A stretch of 25,091 nt of DNA from Chthoniobacteraceae bacterium (GCA_031409335.1 JANNWY010000145.1:1-25091), one strand, 5' to 3'. Counted from the stretch's first letter, positions 1-8,634 are shown. Made by a program: numbers and translations. The notes: generated by a model not told the origin, from the letters alone.

Positions 1-319
1 ACCAAGCCATTACGCTGGTCATGGACCACGCCAGATACCAACATTGTGCCTTGGTGATCAGCAAAGCTGCCGAGCTTGGCATCGAGTTGCTTTATTTGCC
101 TGCGTACAGCCCAAATCTGAATCTCATCGAGCGCCTTTGGAAGCTCGTCAAGAAGCGTTGCCTCACCAATCGCCAATATGACAACTTTGAGAAGTTCCGC
201 GCTGCCATCGATGATGGCCTGCGCGATGTCAACGGCGTCGCCAAGGCTGAACTCGACTCCCTTCTCACCCTTAGATTCCAGTTCTTCGGAAACTTAAAAT
301 CCTAATACGCGCGAGTATA
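1..319 (+). mobile_element. IS630-family insertion sequence, right end (truncated by window edge)
   Basis: Carries the transposase C-terminus, lower GC than flanks, and ends ...CCTAATACGCGCGAGTA followed by TA (318-319), the dinucleotide target typical of IS630. The left IR is outside the window, so the exact end is inferred. Confidence 0.8.
3..305 (+). CDS. IS630-family DDE transposase, C-terminal part (5' truncated)
   Basis: Frame open from position 3: QAITLVMDHARYQH...IELLYLPAYSPNLNLIERLWK, matching the D(N/H)A..H and LPxYSPxLNxIE.W motifs of DDE_3 transposases. Confidence 0.93.
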   Translation, partial: QAITLVMDHARYQHCALVISKAAELGIELLYLPAYSPNLNLIERLWKLVKKRCLTNRQYDNFEKFRAAIDDGLRDVNGVAKAELDSLLTLRFQFFGNLKS

Positions 320-2581
320 AACGCGTCGCCGCCGACCGAAATACCCGAGCAAACCGACTGTGAGCAGACTTAGCGCACCGGGCTCGGGCACGGCCTGCGA
401 GGCGCCGGCATCGACCTCGCCAAAGGTGTTTTCGAGCGCCGGGCTCGGAGGAGGCGTAGCACCCAGTGTGACGACGCCATCGTTGATGATGAGCGCGGTC
501 CAGGTTTGCGAGCCAGTCACGGTCAGATTTCCCGTTCCGTCTTTCACGACGCCGCCGTTGGTCAACGGGATCGGCGCGGGATCGGTGCCGATGGTCAGGT
601 TGCCGGTCACGTCGAAAACCCGCTCCGCTCCGCCGAGATCGACGGTGGCTATGGCCGCCGTCATGGCCGCCGTCCTGAGATCGAGAATGTTGCTCGTCAG
701 CGTGGAAGTGACGTCGCCATTTAGCATGACGATGCTGCCCACGGAGGTCGCGCTGGAGACGCCGGCGTGGGAGTTCAGATTGATCGTCCCGCCCGTGAGC
801 GTGAGTCCGCCGGCACCCACCGTGAGCCGGCTCTGCGAACCGGCCGTGGTGCTGCCGCCATCGAGGTCGATAGAGCCCGCGCCCACTGCGACCTCTTCCG
901 CCACGATCGCTCCTGCGCGATGCGCGAGCGCCGTGCCCGCCAGCACCCTGAATGCGCCAGTCGTCGTGAACGTGGCCCGCCCCGTACTGAAGTTGCCGCC
1001 GTTCGCTGTCAGCGTCAGTCCGGCGACAATCTCCGAAGCCCCGGGATTCGTGGGGTTGGCACCCGCCGCCGTGACATCACCAAAAGTCCCGCCATCGATC
1101 GTAATGCTGGACGTGTCAGCAATCTGGTTGCCGGCGTTATTTCCCGCGTAGCGGAAAGTGGCGCCCGTCTGCACCAGCAGATCGCCTGGGATGGCGATGA
1201 CGCCCGCCGCTTTATTCGCGACGAGACTTCCCGACGCGACCGTGGTGGTCCCGACATACGTGTTATCCGTCGTATCGCCGCTCCCGCCGCCGATCGCTGC
1301 CGATACCACTCCATTTCCCGTGACGGTGATACCGCCGGTGCTGAGGACTCCCGCGGTCGTCGAGATCGCACCCGAGAGGCTGCCGCCAGCCGTGCTATCG
1401 AGCGTGATGCTCCCCTCGTCGAAAATGAGGCCAGCGTTGCCGGTGCTTTGTCCCAAAAGAACGAGCGCTCCCGCCCCGCTCTTGCGGAGGGCTTGCGTGC
1501 CGGTGCCCACGATTCCCGTGGCCGTCACGTCGCCACTCGTCTGCAAAGTATAGGTGCCGATCGTGTTGCTCAGGGTGATCCGGCCAAGCGTCACGGCGGC
1601 TGGCGCGGTGATCGTCGCGGTGCCGGGCCCCGCAGTAATATCCTGGCTAAAGGCGATCGAATCCCCGGTCGCGAAACCATCCTGCACCGTGTCCGAGAGC
1701 CAATACAGATTCGGCGAAACCGCGAGCACGCCATCGGGCGCGCCGCCGACCGTGTGGCCGAGATTGTAGACTTTCGCGGCTGCGGTGAAGCTCACGGAAA
1801 GATCGTCGATCCCCATCACGGCATCGCCCGCCGCATCATTCGGATTGCGCCAGCGGAGCATCAAATACTCATTCGGCAGGAGCGTCACCCCGAGGGAGAA
1901 CTTGATATTCCTGATGACCGGCGCGGCGAGTGCGGCGCCAGCGGTCGCATTGGTGTCCGAATAATCCAGCGAGGCGAAGCGCGTCCAGCCGATATCCGAG
2001 ACCGCGGCGTTGGCCGCGTAGGTCGCGCCGTTGTTGACCAGGAACGGATCGAGGGCGGTAATCGGGGCGGCGGAAATTTGGTAAAAAAACTGAAAGCCGT
2101 CCCGGTTATTTGCGGTCGCCTGAGTGAACCACAACTCACCGTTGTAATCGACATCCCCGACCGCGAGCGCGGAGGCCGAGGTGTTTTGGAAGAGCGCCCC
2201 AAGCACGACCATGCCGTAATTCACACTGGTCGGACGAGCCCCGAGCGCGCGTTCGGTGCTGGCGGAGTTGCCGATGCTCAGCAGACCGCTGGTCACCGCT
2301 GCGCCACCATCGTAAATGCCGATCGGGAGTGCCGGGAGCGTCGGAGGCGTGAGCACGTCGGTGCGCGCATACCAGCCTGGCAATATGGAATCATCGGTCC
2401 AGTCGGTCCCGGCGGTGGTCGGGAGAGTGTCGAAGTTCTGCGTGTAGGTGGTGACCCCTGAAATCGAGATCGCCTGGCCGCGCGCCCCCGCGAATGAAGC
2501 GAGGAGCGCCACGGCGCTGGCGGTGAGAATCGGCAACTTGCCGATCCGGTCGCTGGAAGATGCGGACGGGTTGTTTTTCAT
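302..2581 (-). CDS. PEP-CTERM sorting-domain surface protein with autotransporter-associated beta-strand repeats
   Basis: Signal-peptide-like N-terminus; repeats LRKSGAGALVLLG, NTYVGTTTVASGSL, VVKDGTGNLTVTG; C-terminal VPEPG + hydrophobic helix + RRRR. Confidence 0.9.
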   Translation of the reverse strand: MKNNPSASSSDRIGKLPILTASAVALLASFAGARGQAISISGVTTYTQNFDTLPTTAGTDWTDDSILPGWYARTDVLTPPTLPALPIGIYDGGAAVTSGLLSIGNSASTERALGARPTSVNYGMVVLGALFQNTSASALAVGDVDYNGELWFTQATANNRDGFQFFYQISAAPITALDPFLVNNGATYAANAAVSDIGWTRFASLDYSDTNATAGAALAAPVIRNIKFSLGVTLLPNEYLMLRWRNPNDAAGDAVMGIDDLSVSFTAAAKVYNLGHTVGGAPDGVLAVSPNLYWLSDTVQDGFATGDSIAFSQDITAGPGTATITAPAAVTLGRITLSNTIGTYTLQTSGDVTATGIVGTGTQALRKSGAGALVLLGQSTGNAGLIFDEGSITLDSTAGGSLSGAISTTAGVLSTGGITVTGNGVVSAAIGGGSGDTTDNTYVGTTTVASGSLVANKAAGVIAIPGDLLVQTGATFRYAGNNAGNQIADTSSITIDGGTFGDVTAAGANPTNPGASEIVAGLTLTANGGNFSTGRATFTTTGAFRVLAGTALAHRAGAIVAEEVAVGAGSIDLDGGSTTAGSQSRLTVGAGGLTLTGGTINLNSHAGVSSATSVGSIVMLNGDVTSTLTSNILDLRTAAMTAAIATVDLGGAERVFDVTGNLTIGTDPAPIPLTNGGVVKDGTGNLTVTGSQTWTALIINDGVVTLGATPPPSPALENTFGEVDAGASQAVPEPGALSLLTVGLLGYFGRRRRVYTRAY

Positions 2582-2740
2582 AGGGGAAATGTCCGAGGGT
2601 TAAGTTGCGAAACGCACTCAAACTGACCGCACAATCTTCTCTAAGAAATCGCCGGGTTTGTCCACGTCTATCTGTCTGCGCGTCGAGCTTTTCGACGCAC
2701 GTTGAATCCGACCCATGCCACCAACCGGTGCAAGCCAGAC

Positions 2741-2769
2741 TTGCCGCGTCGAAAAGCGGCGCCCATGCT
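2741..2769 (+). promoter_or_regulatory. Putative sigma70-type promoter of the FAA hydrolase gene (leaderless)
   Basis: TTGCCG (2741-2746), 17-nt spacer, CATGCT (2764-2769), 5 nt, then ATG at 2775; no Shine-Dalgarno. Confidence 0.45.
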
Positions 2770-2774
2770 CAGGC

Positions 2775-3608
2775 ATGTCCACGCCCTCCGTCACCGTTTA
2801 CCGCACTTCACTCGGCATCGTCGCGCAGCGCGGTGAAGACAGTTTCCTGCTCGCGGAAACACGCTGGGATAAGCTCTTCACGGAGCCCGATCCTGCCGCG
2901 TGGCTGCACGGGAAGCTCGCCACGGCGAAGCCCGTCCTGCTTCCCGAAACGCTGCTCGCGCCGATCGAAAATCAGGAAGTGTGGGCGGCGGGCGTCACGT
3001 ATCTGCGGAGCCGCGATGCGCGCATGGAGGAGGCGAAGGAGGCGGGCGGCGGTTCGTTTTACGACCGGGTGTACGACGCCGTGCGGCCGGAGATTTTTTT
3101 CAAGGCGACGCCGCACCGTGTGGTCGGGAATCGAGGCGTGATGCGGCTGCGCAGCGACTCAAAGTGGAACGTGCCCGAGCCCGAAATCACGCTCGCGATC
3201 AATCGCGACGGACGCATTTTCGGCTACACGATCGGGAACGATCTCAGCTCGCGCGACATCGAAGGCGAGAATCCGCTCTACCTGCCGCAGGCAAAGGTTT
3301 TCAACTGCTGCTGTGCGCTCGGACCCGGCATCGTGGTGCGCGATCCACTGCCCGGCGACACCGCGATTCAAATCCATGTCTGGCGCGCGGGCGCTCCCGT
3401 CAGCTCGGGTGAAACGTCGCTCGCGCAGATGAAACGCACCTTCACCGAACTCGCGGGCTTCCTCTTTCGCGACAACGATTTCCCGCGCGGCTGCTTCCTG
3501 CTCACCGGCACGGGCACGGTGCCGGCGGATGATTTCACGCTCGCGAGCGGCGACGAGATGCGCATCCACATCGCCGGCCTCGGCACGCTGGTGAATACGA
3601 TCGCGTAG
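2775..3608 (+). CDS. Fumarylacetoacetate hydrolase family protein (2-keto-3-deoxy-pentonate dehydratase-like)
   Basis: [61 protein letters not shown] motifs. Start moved to ATG 2775 because of the promoter-like motif. Confidence 0.9.
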   Translation: MSTPSVTVYRTSLGIVAQRGEDSFLLAETRWDKLFTEPDPAAWLHGKLATAKPVLLPETLLAPIENQEVWAAGVTYLRSRDARMEEAKEAGGGSFYDRVYDAVRPEIFFKATPHRVVGNRGVMRLRSDSKWNVPEPEITLAINRDGRIFGYTIGNDLSSRDIEGENPLYLPQAKVFNCCCALGPGIVVRDPLPGDTAIQIHVWRAGAPVSSGETSLAQMKRTFTELAGFLFRDNDFPRGCFLLTGTGTVPADDFTLASGDEMRIHIAGLGTLVNTIA

Positions 3609-3611
3609 CGG

Positions 3612-5474
3612 CTACGGCTGCCGCGCGGGCGGTGGCGATTTCACCCCGGCGTGGATGCGCAGCAGCTCCGCCACTTTCACGGCGCACTGCTCGTGCTCCA
3701 TGCCGCTGTGATTGGACGGGATGATCGTCTCCGGCACGCCTTCGATGTGGCTGCTCCAGTACGGCACCACGCCGTCGCTCGTTTTCCAGACATCGCCACC
3801 CGCGCCGCGGTCGCCGATGATGCTGTACTTTTTCACCCGCGGGCTCATCGGCAATTCCTGAAGCACGGTCGCAAATTTCCCGCCAGGGATCAGCGAGTCG
3901 ATGCTGGTGCCGGGGCTGAACTGCATGTCCGCGGCGAGTGCATCGGCATTGAGCGTGACGATGTTCGCGGTCGTCTCCACGATCGTCAGCGGCAGGCGCG
4001 CGAGCGAGCGCCCGAGCTTCCCGATCCAGTTCGTCGCGAGGAAGCTCCCTTGATGCGGCACGTTGATGAAGATCGTCTCGTCGATGTCCGGATTTGGCTC
4101 AAAGAAAAACATGTCCTGAACCATCGCGCGGTCGGCCGGGCTGAGGCGAAGCTCGTCCGGCGGCTTTCTAAAATACTGGCGGTAAAGCGTGTCGCCGCCG
4201 CTCACGATTTGCATCCGCGAAAGCAGCCCGCCCATGCTGTGACCGAGTAGGATCGTGCGGTTGAAATACGGATTGCGCCCGCCGGGATTCATCCGCTCGC
4301 GGAGATGCTCGAGACTCTGCCGCAGGCGCGTGGACGACCATTGCACCGCGACGCTCGTGGGATAGCAGTAAGCCCAGAATTGATACTTCTGCCGGATCTC
4401 CGGATCGGCCAGCAGCGCATTGTGCAGGAAACGCCAATCGCTCGGATCGCTGATCAAACCATGCACGAAGATCACCGGAATCTTGTCCGCCGCGGGCGTC
4501 TCGAGCGGGTAAAGGCCGGTGTCCTCGAAGAATTGATCGCCGCGGAGAAAACCGAGGATGCCGAGAGTGAAAAAATTCTCCTGGTTCAGCTCGCGCCTGC
4601 GAACCGCGAACGGCGTGGAAAAATCCGCAGCGAGCATGACCGTCTTTCCCGCGACGATCGCGGTCTCCGTGCGCTTGCGATCGTAGATCGCAAAGGTCGC
4701 CGTGCGGACCGGCCCGCGCGGACCAAACTCCACCGTCGCCGTGAGTGGGATCCACGTGCCATCCGGCACCACCAGCGCCGCGGCTGCCGCCTGGCCATCG
4801 AGCCCGCTCACCTTCCCGACCAGCGGCGTGCCCACGCCCTCGACCAGCGCCAGATCGCGACTACCCACGACCTTGAAACGATCCGCCGCGAGCAGCGTAC
4901 TGTAGCTGTCCGCGCGGACGGCACCCGGCGCATCGAGCCGCCACGCCACACGATAACTCCGCGTCGGCCCGGCAAGATCCGGCGCCAGCGTCACACCGCT
5001 TTTTCTCACCATGTCGCGCAGCCCCGCGAGCCGCGCCACGGCATACCGGCTCGCCTCGCGCGTGAACTTTTGAAACTCCAAATCCCCCTGGCCCGCCGAC
5101 TCAAAAGCGTGCTCCGCCGCGCAAAGGTAAAGGCCCGCCGCGCCGCGATCGGTGAGAAATTTCGCGTGCGCGCGAATGCCGGCGGCGAGGCCGATTTCGA
5201 TCACCGCCCGGCGCGCCTCGGGATCGCGCGCCGCAGCCGACTCCAGCGCAGCGATCGCAGCCGCCGGATCTTCCTCCCAGCCGCGCCCAAGCCGCAGCAT
5301 CTTCAGCCGCTCCTCCGTCCCCCGGCTGAGCGCCCCCGGATTCCATCGCGCCTTCCCTCCCACCCGCAGCGGATCGACTTGCTTCGCCACAAATTTCGTC
5401 GCACAGCCACCCGTCGCGAGCGAGACCGCCAGCAGGCAGACGATCGGCTGGAGGATAATGCGCACGCAATTCAT
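3612..5474 (-). CDS. Alpha/beta-fold hydrolase (lipase/esterase-like), probable lipoprotein
   Basis: Lipobox-like LATGGC; IPVIFVHGL oxyanion motif; GHSMGG nucleophile elbow; SDGVVPY and late H for the triad. Confidence 0.85.
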   Translation of the reverse strand: MNCVRIILQPIVCLLAVSLATGGCATKFVAKQVDPLRVGGKARWNPGALSRGTEERLKMLRLGRGWEEDPAAAIAALESAAARDPEARRAVIEIGLAAGIRAHAKFLTDRGAAGLYLCAAEHAFESAGQGDLEFQKFTREASRYAVARLAGLRDMVRKSGVTLAPDLAGPTRSYRVAWRLDAPGAVRADSYSTLLAADRFKVVGSRDLALVEGVGTPLVGKVSGLDGQAAAAALVVPDGTWIPLTATVEFGPRGPVRTATFAIYDRKRTETAIVAGKTVMLAADFSTPFAVRRRELNQENFFTLGILGFLRGDQFFEDTGLYPLETPAADKIPVIFVHGLISDPSDWRFLHNALLADPEIRQKYQFWAYCYPTSVAVQWSSTRLRQSLEHLRERMNPGGRNPYFNRTILLGHSMGGLLSRMQIVSGGDTLYRQYFRKPPDELRLSPADRAMVQDMFFFEPNPDIDETIFINVPHQGSFLATNWIGKLGRSLARLPLTIVETTANIVTLNADALAADMQFSPGTSIDSLIPGGKFATVLQELPMSPRVKKYSIIGDRGAGGDVWKTSDGVVPYWSSHIEGVPETIIPSNHSGMEHEQCAVKVAELLRIHAGVKSPPPARQP

Positions 5475-5783
5475 GAGCGCGCTTTATCCTGACCGAGCCA
5501 GCGCTGACAAGCTGGACCGGGATGAATTCACGCCCGTTTCCCCGCCCGCAAGGCATCAAGCGAGTGTGTGTATCACGCCAGCGGAAACCGCCCTGGCACA
5601 GCGTCCCCAAGTCCGAGTCGGCCAGGCCGGACAGAAACACGGCGAACGTGGACTGCCCTCGCGCCATCGTCCCGCGCCTTTGCCAGCCACTTCACCATTC
5701 GACCGCTGACGCGGCGTGTGGAGGGATAGCGGCCCAAGGATTGAGGGGGGATATGAAACCGCAATCCGGCATACCGCTTCAGT

Positions 5784-6223
5784 TTGGCGAAAGACGCGAT
5801 GGAGCAGCTCATCGCCGGGCGCAAAGCGGCGGGCCGTAGTGAGCGGTATTGCCGCGATCTCCGTTTGCGCCTCACACGCTTCGCGACCGCCTTCCCATCC
5901 GCCACGGTCGCGACGATCTCCGCGCGCTCGATCGACGAATGGCTCGCCGGGTCGGTGGCACCCGATTGGGGCTCCGCAAGCGTTTCAACGCCGTGAAAGC
6001 CCGCGCAGGGCTCACGGCATGGCCGCAGAATGCGATGCGCCATTCGTTCGGGAGCTACCGGCTCGCCGCCGGTGCCGATGCCGCCCGCGTGTCTTTCGAA
6101 ATGGGTAACTCACCCGCGATGGTGTTCGCCCATTACCGCGAACTCGTGAAGCCCAAGGCCGCAGCGAAACACTGGAACATCCTTCCGACGCACGCGAAAA
6201 ATGTCGTGTCCCTCGTGGCATGA
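5784..6223 (+). pseudogene. Tyrosine recombinase/integrase remnant (internal deletion plus frameshift)
   Basis: Frame 5784 gives a core-binding-domain-like segment (RKAAGRSERYCRDLRLRLTRF...IDEWLAG); after a shift near 5960-5972 a second frame gives the catalytic C-terminus (WPQNAMRHSFGSY...EMGNSPAMVFAHYREL). The middle region with the first catalytic Arg is absent. Confidence 0.8.
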
Positions 6224-6230
6224 TGCGCCC

Positions 6231-6259
6231 TTGCCTGCCGTGCGCGTCTCAGCGAGTCT
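6231..6259 (+). promoter_or_regulatory. Putative leaderless promoter of the TA operon
   Basis: TTGCCT (6231-6236), 17 nt, GAGTCT (6254-6259), 7 nt, ATG at 6267. Confidence 0.4.
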
Positions 6260-6266
6260 GTGTGCC

Positions 6267-6563
6267 ATGAAAGCCACCGCCAAGACACCCGCACGCAAGC
6301 GCGTCGAACTCGGCAATTACATCGTTGCCGACAGCGGCATCTGCCACGGCAAGCCCACGTTCAAAGGCTCGCGCGTCATGGTCTGGCAGGTTCTCGCGGG
6401 GTTGAAACGCGGGGAGACGGTGGATGAATTGTGCGCCGCGTGGCCGCACGCCGTCACACCGGAAGCCGTCGCGGAAGCCGTCGGGCTTGCGGGCGCAATG
6501 TTCCGCGATGCCCGCTATTCTCCGCACATTGCCCGTGCGGCAAAGCTGGCCCGCGCGTGCTGA
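6267..6563 (+). CDS. DUF433-family putative antitoxin
   Basis: IVADSGICHGKPTFKGSRVMVWQVL...GETVDEL...WP...V.EAV is the DUF433 signature. Confidence 0.9.
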   Translation: MKATAKTPARKRVELGNYIVADSGICHGKPTFKGSRVMVWQVLAGLKRGETVDELCAAWPHAVTPEAVAEAVGLAGAMFRDARYSPHIARAAKLARAC

Positions 6564-6952
6564 TTCTCGACGAAAATTTCCGTCTGGAACAACAAGCCGT
6601 GCTGAATGCATGGCGCATCCGCACGCGAAAAGTCGGGAAGGAAGTGGCCGCGTTTGGCACGGATGACGCCGACCTGATCCCGCTTTTGTTAAGCCTGCCG
6701 AAGCCAACGTTTTTCACTCACGACGAAGACTTCTGGCGGCAGTCGCTATGGCATCCCGCCTATTGTCTTGTCTGGCTTGATATGGATGACCAGCAGGGCG
6801 CGGTATTCGTCCGCCGCTTTCTCCGTCACGTCGATTTCGACACGCACGCGAAGCGGTTCGGCAAAGTCGTTCGCGCGCATCCCGAAGGGCTTACGTTCTA
6901 CGACTCTCGCCACGGGAAGGCGAAGCAAGTGCCGTGGCTGCGTGCGGTGTGA
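6557..6952 (+). CDS. PIN-like domain putative toxin (DUF5615/VapC45-like)
   Basis: GTG start overlapping the DUF433 stop (GTGCTGA); LILDEN...GTDDADL...FFTHDEDF acidic PIN motifs. Confidence 0.8.
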   Translation: MLILDENFRLEQQAVLNAWRIRTRKVGKEVAAFGTDDADLIPLLLSLPKPTFFTHDEDFWRQSLWHPAYCLVWLDMDDQQGAVFVRRFLRHVDFDTHAKRFGKVVRAHPEGLTFYDSRHGKAKQVPWLRAV

Positions 6953-6959
6953 ACGGAGC

Positions 6960-7260
6960 ATGACGCGCCCCTCAAACCCAAGCGTGAACTGTTTGCACAG
7001 CGCGTGGCGCCGGGCAATAGCGCGACGGCAGCCTATCGCGCCGTTTACGGAAAGGAAAAAACGCCGACGTGTTCGGCCCCCGGCGGATGGGAAATGATGG
7101 GATTCGCGCCCGCGTCGGCGAACTACAGGCCGGGAGCGCGACGGCGGCCACTTTGACGATGCAGCAGCGGCGCGAGATCGCCTGGGCGACTGCGAGGTAG
7201 GCAACGGCGAGGGCGTCCGGCCGGCTCGCGGCGGTCATGGCCGATGCAAGAATAGAGTGC
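6960..7260 (+). pseudogene. Phage terminase small subunit-like pseudogene
   Basis: Joining frames across a C-run (~6968-6971) and an A6 run (7056-7061) gives MTRP-LKPKRELFAQRVAPGNSATAAYRAVYGKEK-NADVFGPRRMGNDGIRARVGELQAGSATAATLTMQQRREIA...; in-frame TAG at 7198-7200. Pattern resembles the TerS N-terminal HTH. Confidence 0.6.
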
Positions 7261-7319
7261 GTTTTCCGGCGTTTTGGTGCGCCACGCTAAGCGATCGAAC
7301 TTTTTAGCAAACTGCCCGG

Positions 7320-7343
7320 AAACCCTGCATCGGTGCGGGTTTT
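7320..7343 (-). terminator. Hairpin downstream of tRNA-Lys (possible terminator or element-end structure)
   Basis: AAACCCTGCA-TCGG-TGCGGGTTTT imperfect inverted repeat about 16 nt past the tRNA 3' end. Confidence 0.35.
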
Positions 7344-7359
7344 AGACCGATTTGGAAAG

Positions 7360-7431
7360 TGGGTCGGGCGAGACTCGAACTCGCAACCAACGCCTTAAAA
7401 GGGCGCTGCTCTACCATTGAGCTACCGACCC
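7360..7431 (-). tRNA. tRNA-Lys(UUU), CCA not encoded
   Basis: Minus strand GGGTCGG-TAGCTCAATGGTAGAGCA-GCGCC-CTTTTAA-GGCGT-TGGTT-GCGAG-TTCGAGT-CTCGC-CCGACCC-A folds as a full cloverleaf with anticodon TTT. Confidence 0.97.
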
Positions 7432-7524
7432 GATTCCGAAACTTTCCGAAAAGAGCGTCGGGAAGTAATGCAACGCTGTGCGTGACGCAAGCGGGAAGCC
7501 GCACTATTTTTCGCTGCAACTATC

Positions 7525-8634
7525 ATGAGCCAAATTTCTCCCGCAATTTCCCGCCGCCCGCGCCGTGCTGTGCTCATTTCCGGCGGGGTGATCGCGATCG
7601 CGATTGTCGCGGCGTTTGCGGCGGTGCGGCACTTTCGGTCGCGCAGTGAGTTTGTGGCGACGCCCGAGATCGCGATTCGCTCGCTGGATGCGAAATCGCT
7701 CTATTTCAATGCTCCGGCGCGACCGTGGCTTTTGAAATTGCGGCCGGATTTGCTGAGCGCGGACGATCGTGATGAAAAGAGTGCGCGCGCGCGGGATTTC
7801 GTGCAGGCGGTGCAGAGTGCGAAACTGTTTCGGCAGCTCGATCGCAAATACCGTTTCGATGTGCTGCTGCTGGCGGGTGACCCGAGTCAGTTTCGCGTGC
7901 TGGTCGAGCATCTCGTGGAGGCGAAGGACTGGACGCTGGCGTATGTCGATCACGCGGCGATCGTGTTTCGGCGGGGCTCGGCGGCTGGGTGGAAGGCTGC
8001 GGATCTCGATGCGATCGCGGCTGGTTTTCCGGGGGCGAGTGATCGCGCGGCGTTTTTTTCGCAGGTGGCGGTGCGGCTTCTGGCGGTGCGGCGCGCGGAA
8101 GACGCGAAGGTTTGCCTGGACCGGGCGAAGGCGCTGGATGACCGGCTGCCGGAGGTTTGGAATGGACAGGCGATTTACCGGATGAATCGCGGGGAGTGGA
8201 CGCCGGCGATGGCGGATGTGGGTCGCGCGCTGGCGATCGACGCGGACTTTCTTCCGGCGCTCGCGACGAAGACGCAGGTGCTTTATTCGACGAAAAAATT
8301 CAGCGAAGCCCATGCGCTTTCGCAGCGGCTGATCGAGGCGTATCCGGACGATCCGGCGTTACTTTTTTACCACGCAAAAATCTGCCATGAGGCGCATGCG
8401 TTCACGGATGAAATTCGCACGCTGCGGCGGCTGATCGAGCGCGCGGAGGAGGAGTCGCAATCCGCGAGCGGCTACCGCATTTATCTAGCGCAGGCGTATG
8501 CAAAAGATGGGAAGGCCCAACCGGCGATTGATGAATTCAACCGGGCGCTGGCGGATGAGGATCTGCCGAAAGAGCAGCGCAGTTACGCGGAGGATACGCT
8601 GGCGCAGATCAAGGATCGCGCGGGTCTGCGCTGA
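7525..8634 (+). CDS. Membrane-anchored tetratricopeptide-repeat protein
   Basis: Single N-terminal hydrophobic helix (AVLISGGVIAIAIVAAFAAV); C-terminal half of TPR-like helical pairs (RAKALDDRLPEVW, RALAIDADFLPAL, YLAQAYAKDGKAQPAIDEFNRAL). Confidence 0.8.
   Translation: MSQISPAISRRPRRAVLISGGVIAIAIVAAFAAVRHFRSRSEFVATPEIAIRSLDAKSLYFNAPARPWLLKLRPDLLSADDRDEKSARARDFVQAVQSAKLFRQLDRKYRFDVLLLAGDPSQFRVLVEHLVEAKDWTLAYVDHAAIVFRRGSAAGWKAADLDAIAAGFPGASDRAAFFSQVAVRLLAVRRAEDAKVCLDRAKALDDRLPEVWNGQAIYRMNRGEWTPAMADVGRALAIDADFLPALATKTQVLYSTKKFSEAHALSQRLIEAYPDDPALLFYHAKICHEAHAFTDEIRTLRRLIERAEEESQSASGYRIYLAQAYAKDGKAQPAIDEFNRALADEDLPKEQRSYAEDTLAQIKDRAGLR

Noticed and set aside
767..2461. 564-aa plus-strand ORF and other long overlapping ORFs (4305-5492, 18937-20337, 20064-21476, 22481-24385)
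   Set aside because: All lie antisense to well-supported genes and have no recognisable features.
5475..5783. Second att site or additional phage gene at the left edge of the relic
   Set aside because: No copy of the tRNA 3' end found and no ORF with a recognisable product.
7049..7063. Programmed -1 frameshift at the A6C run in the terS-like gene
   Set aside because: The A-AAA-AAC heptamer is not in the upstream reading frame, and the gene has a second shift and an internal stop; decay is the simpler explanation.
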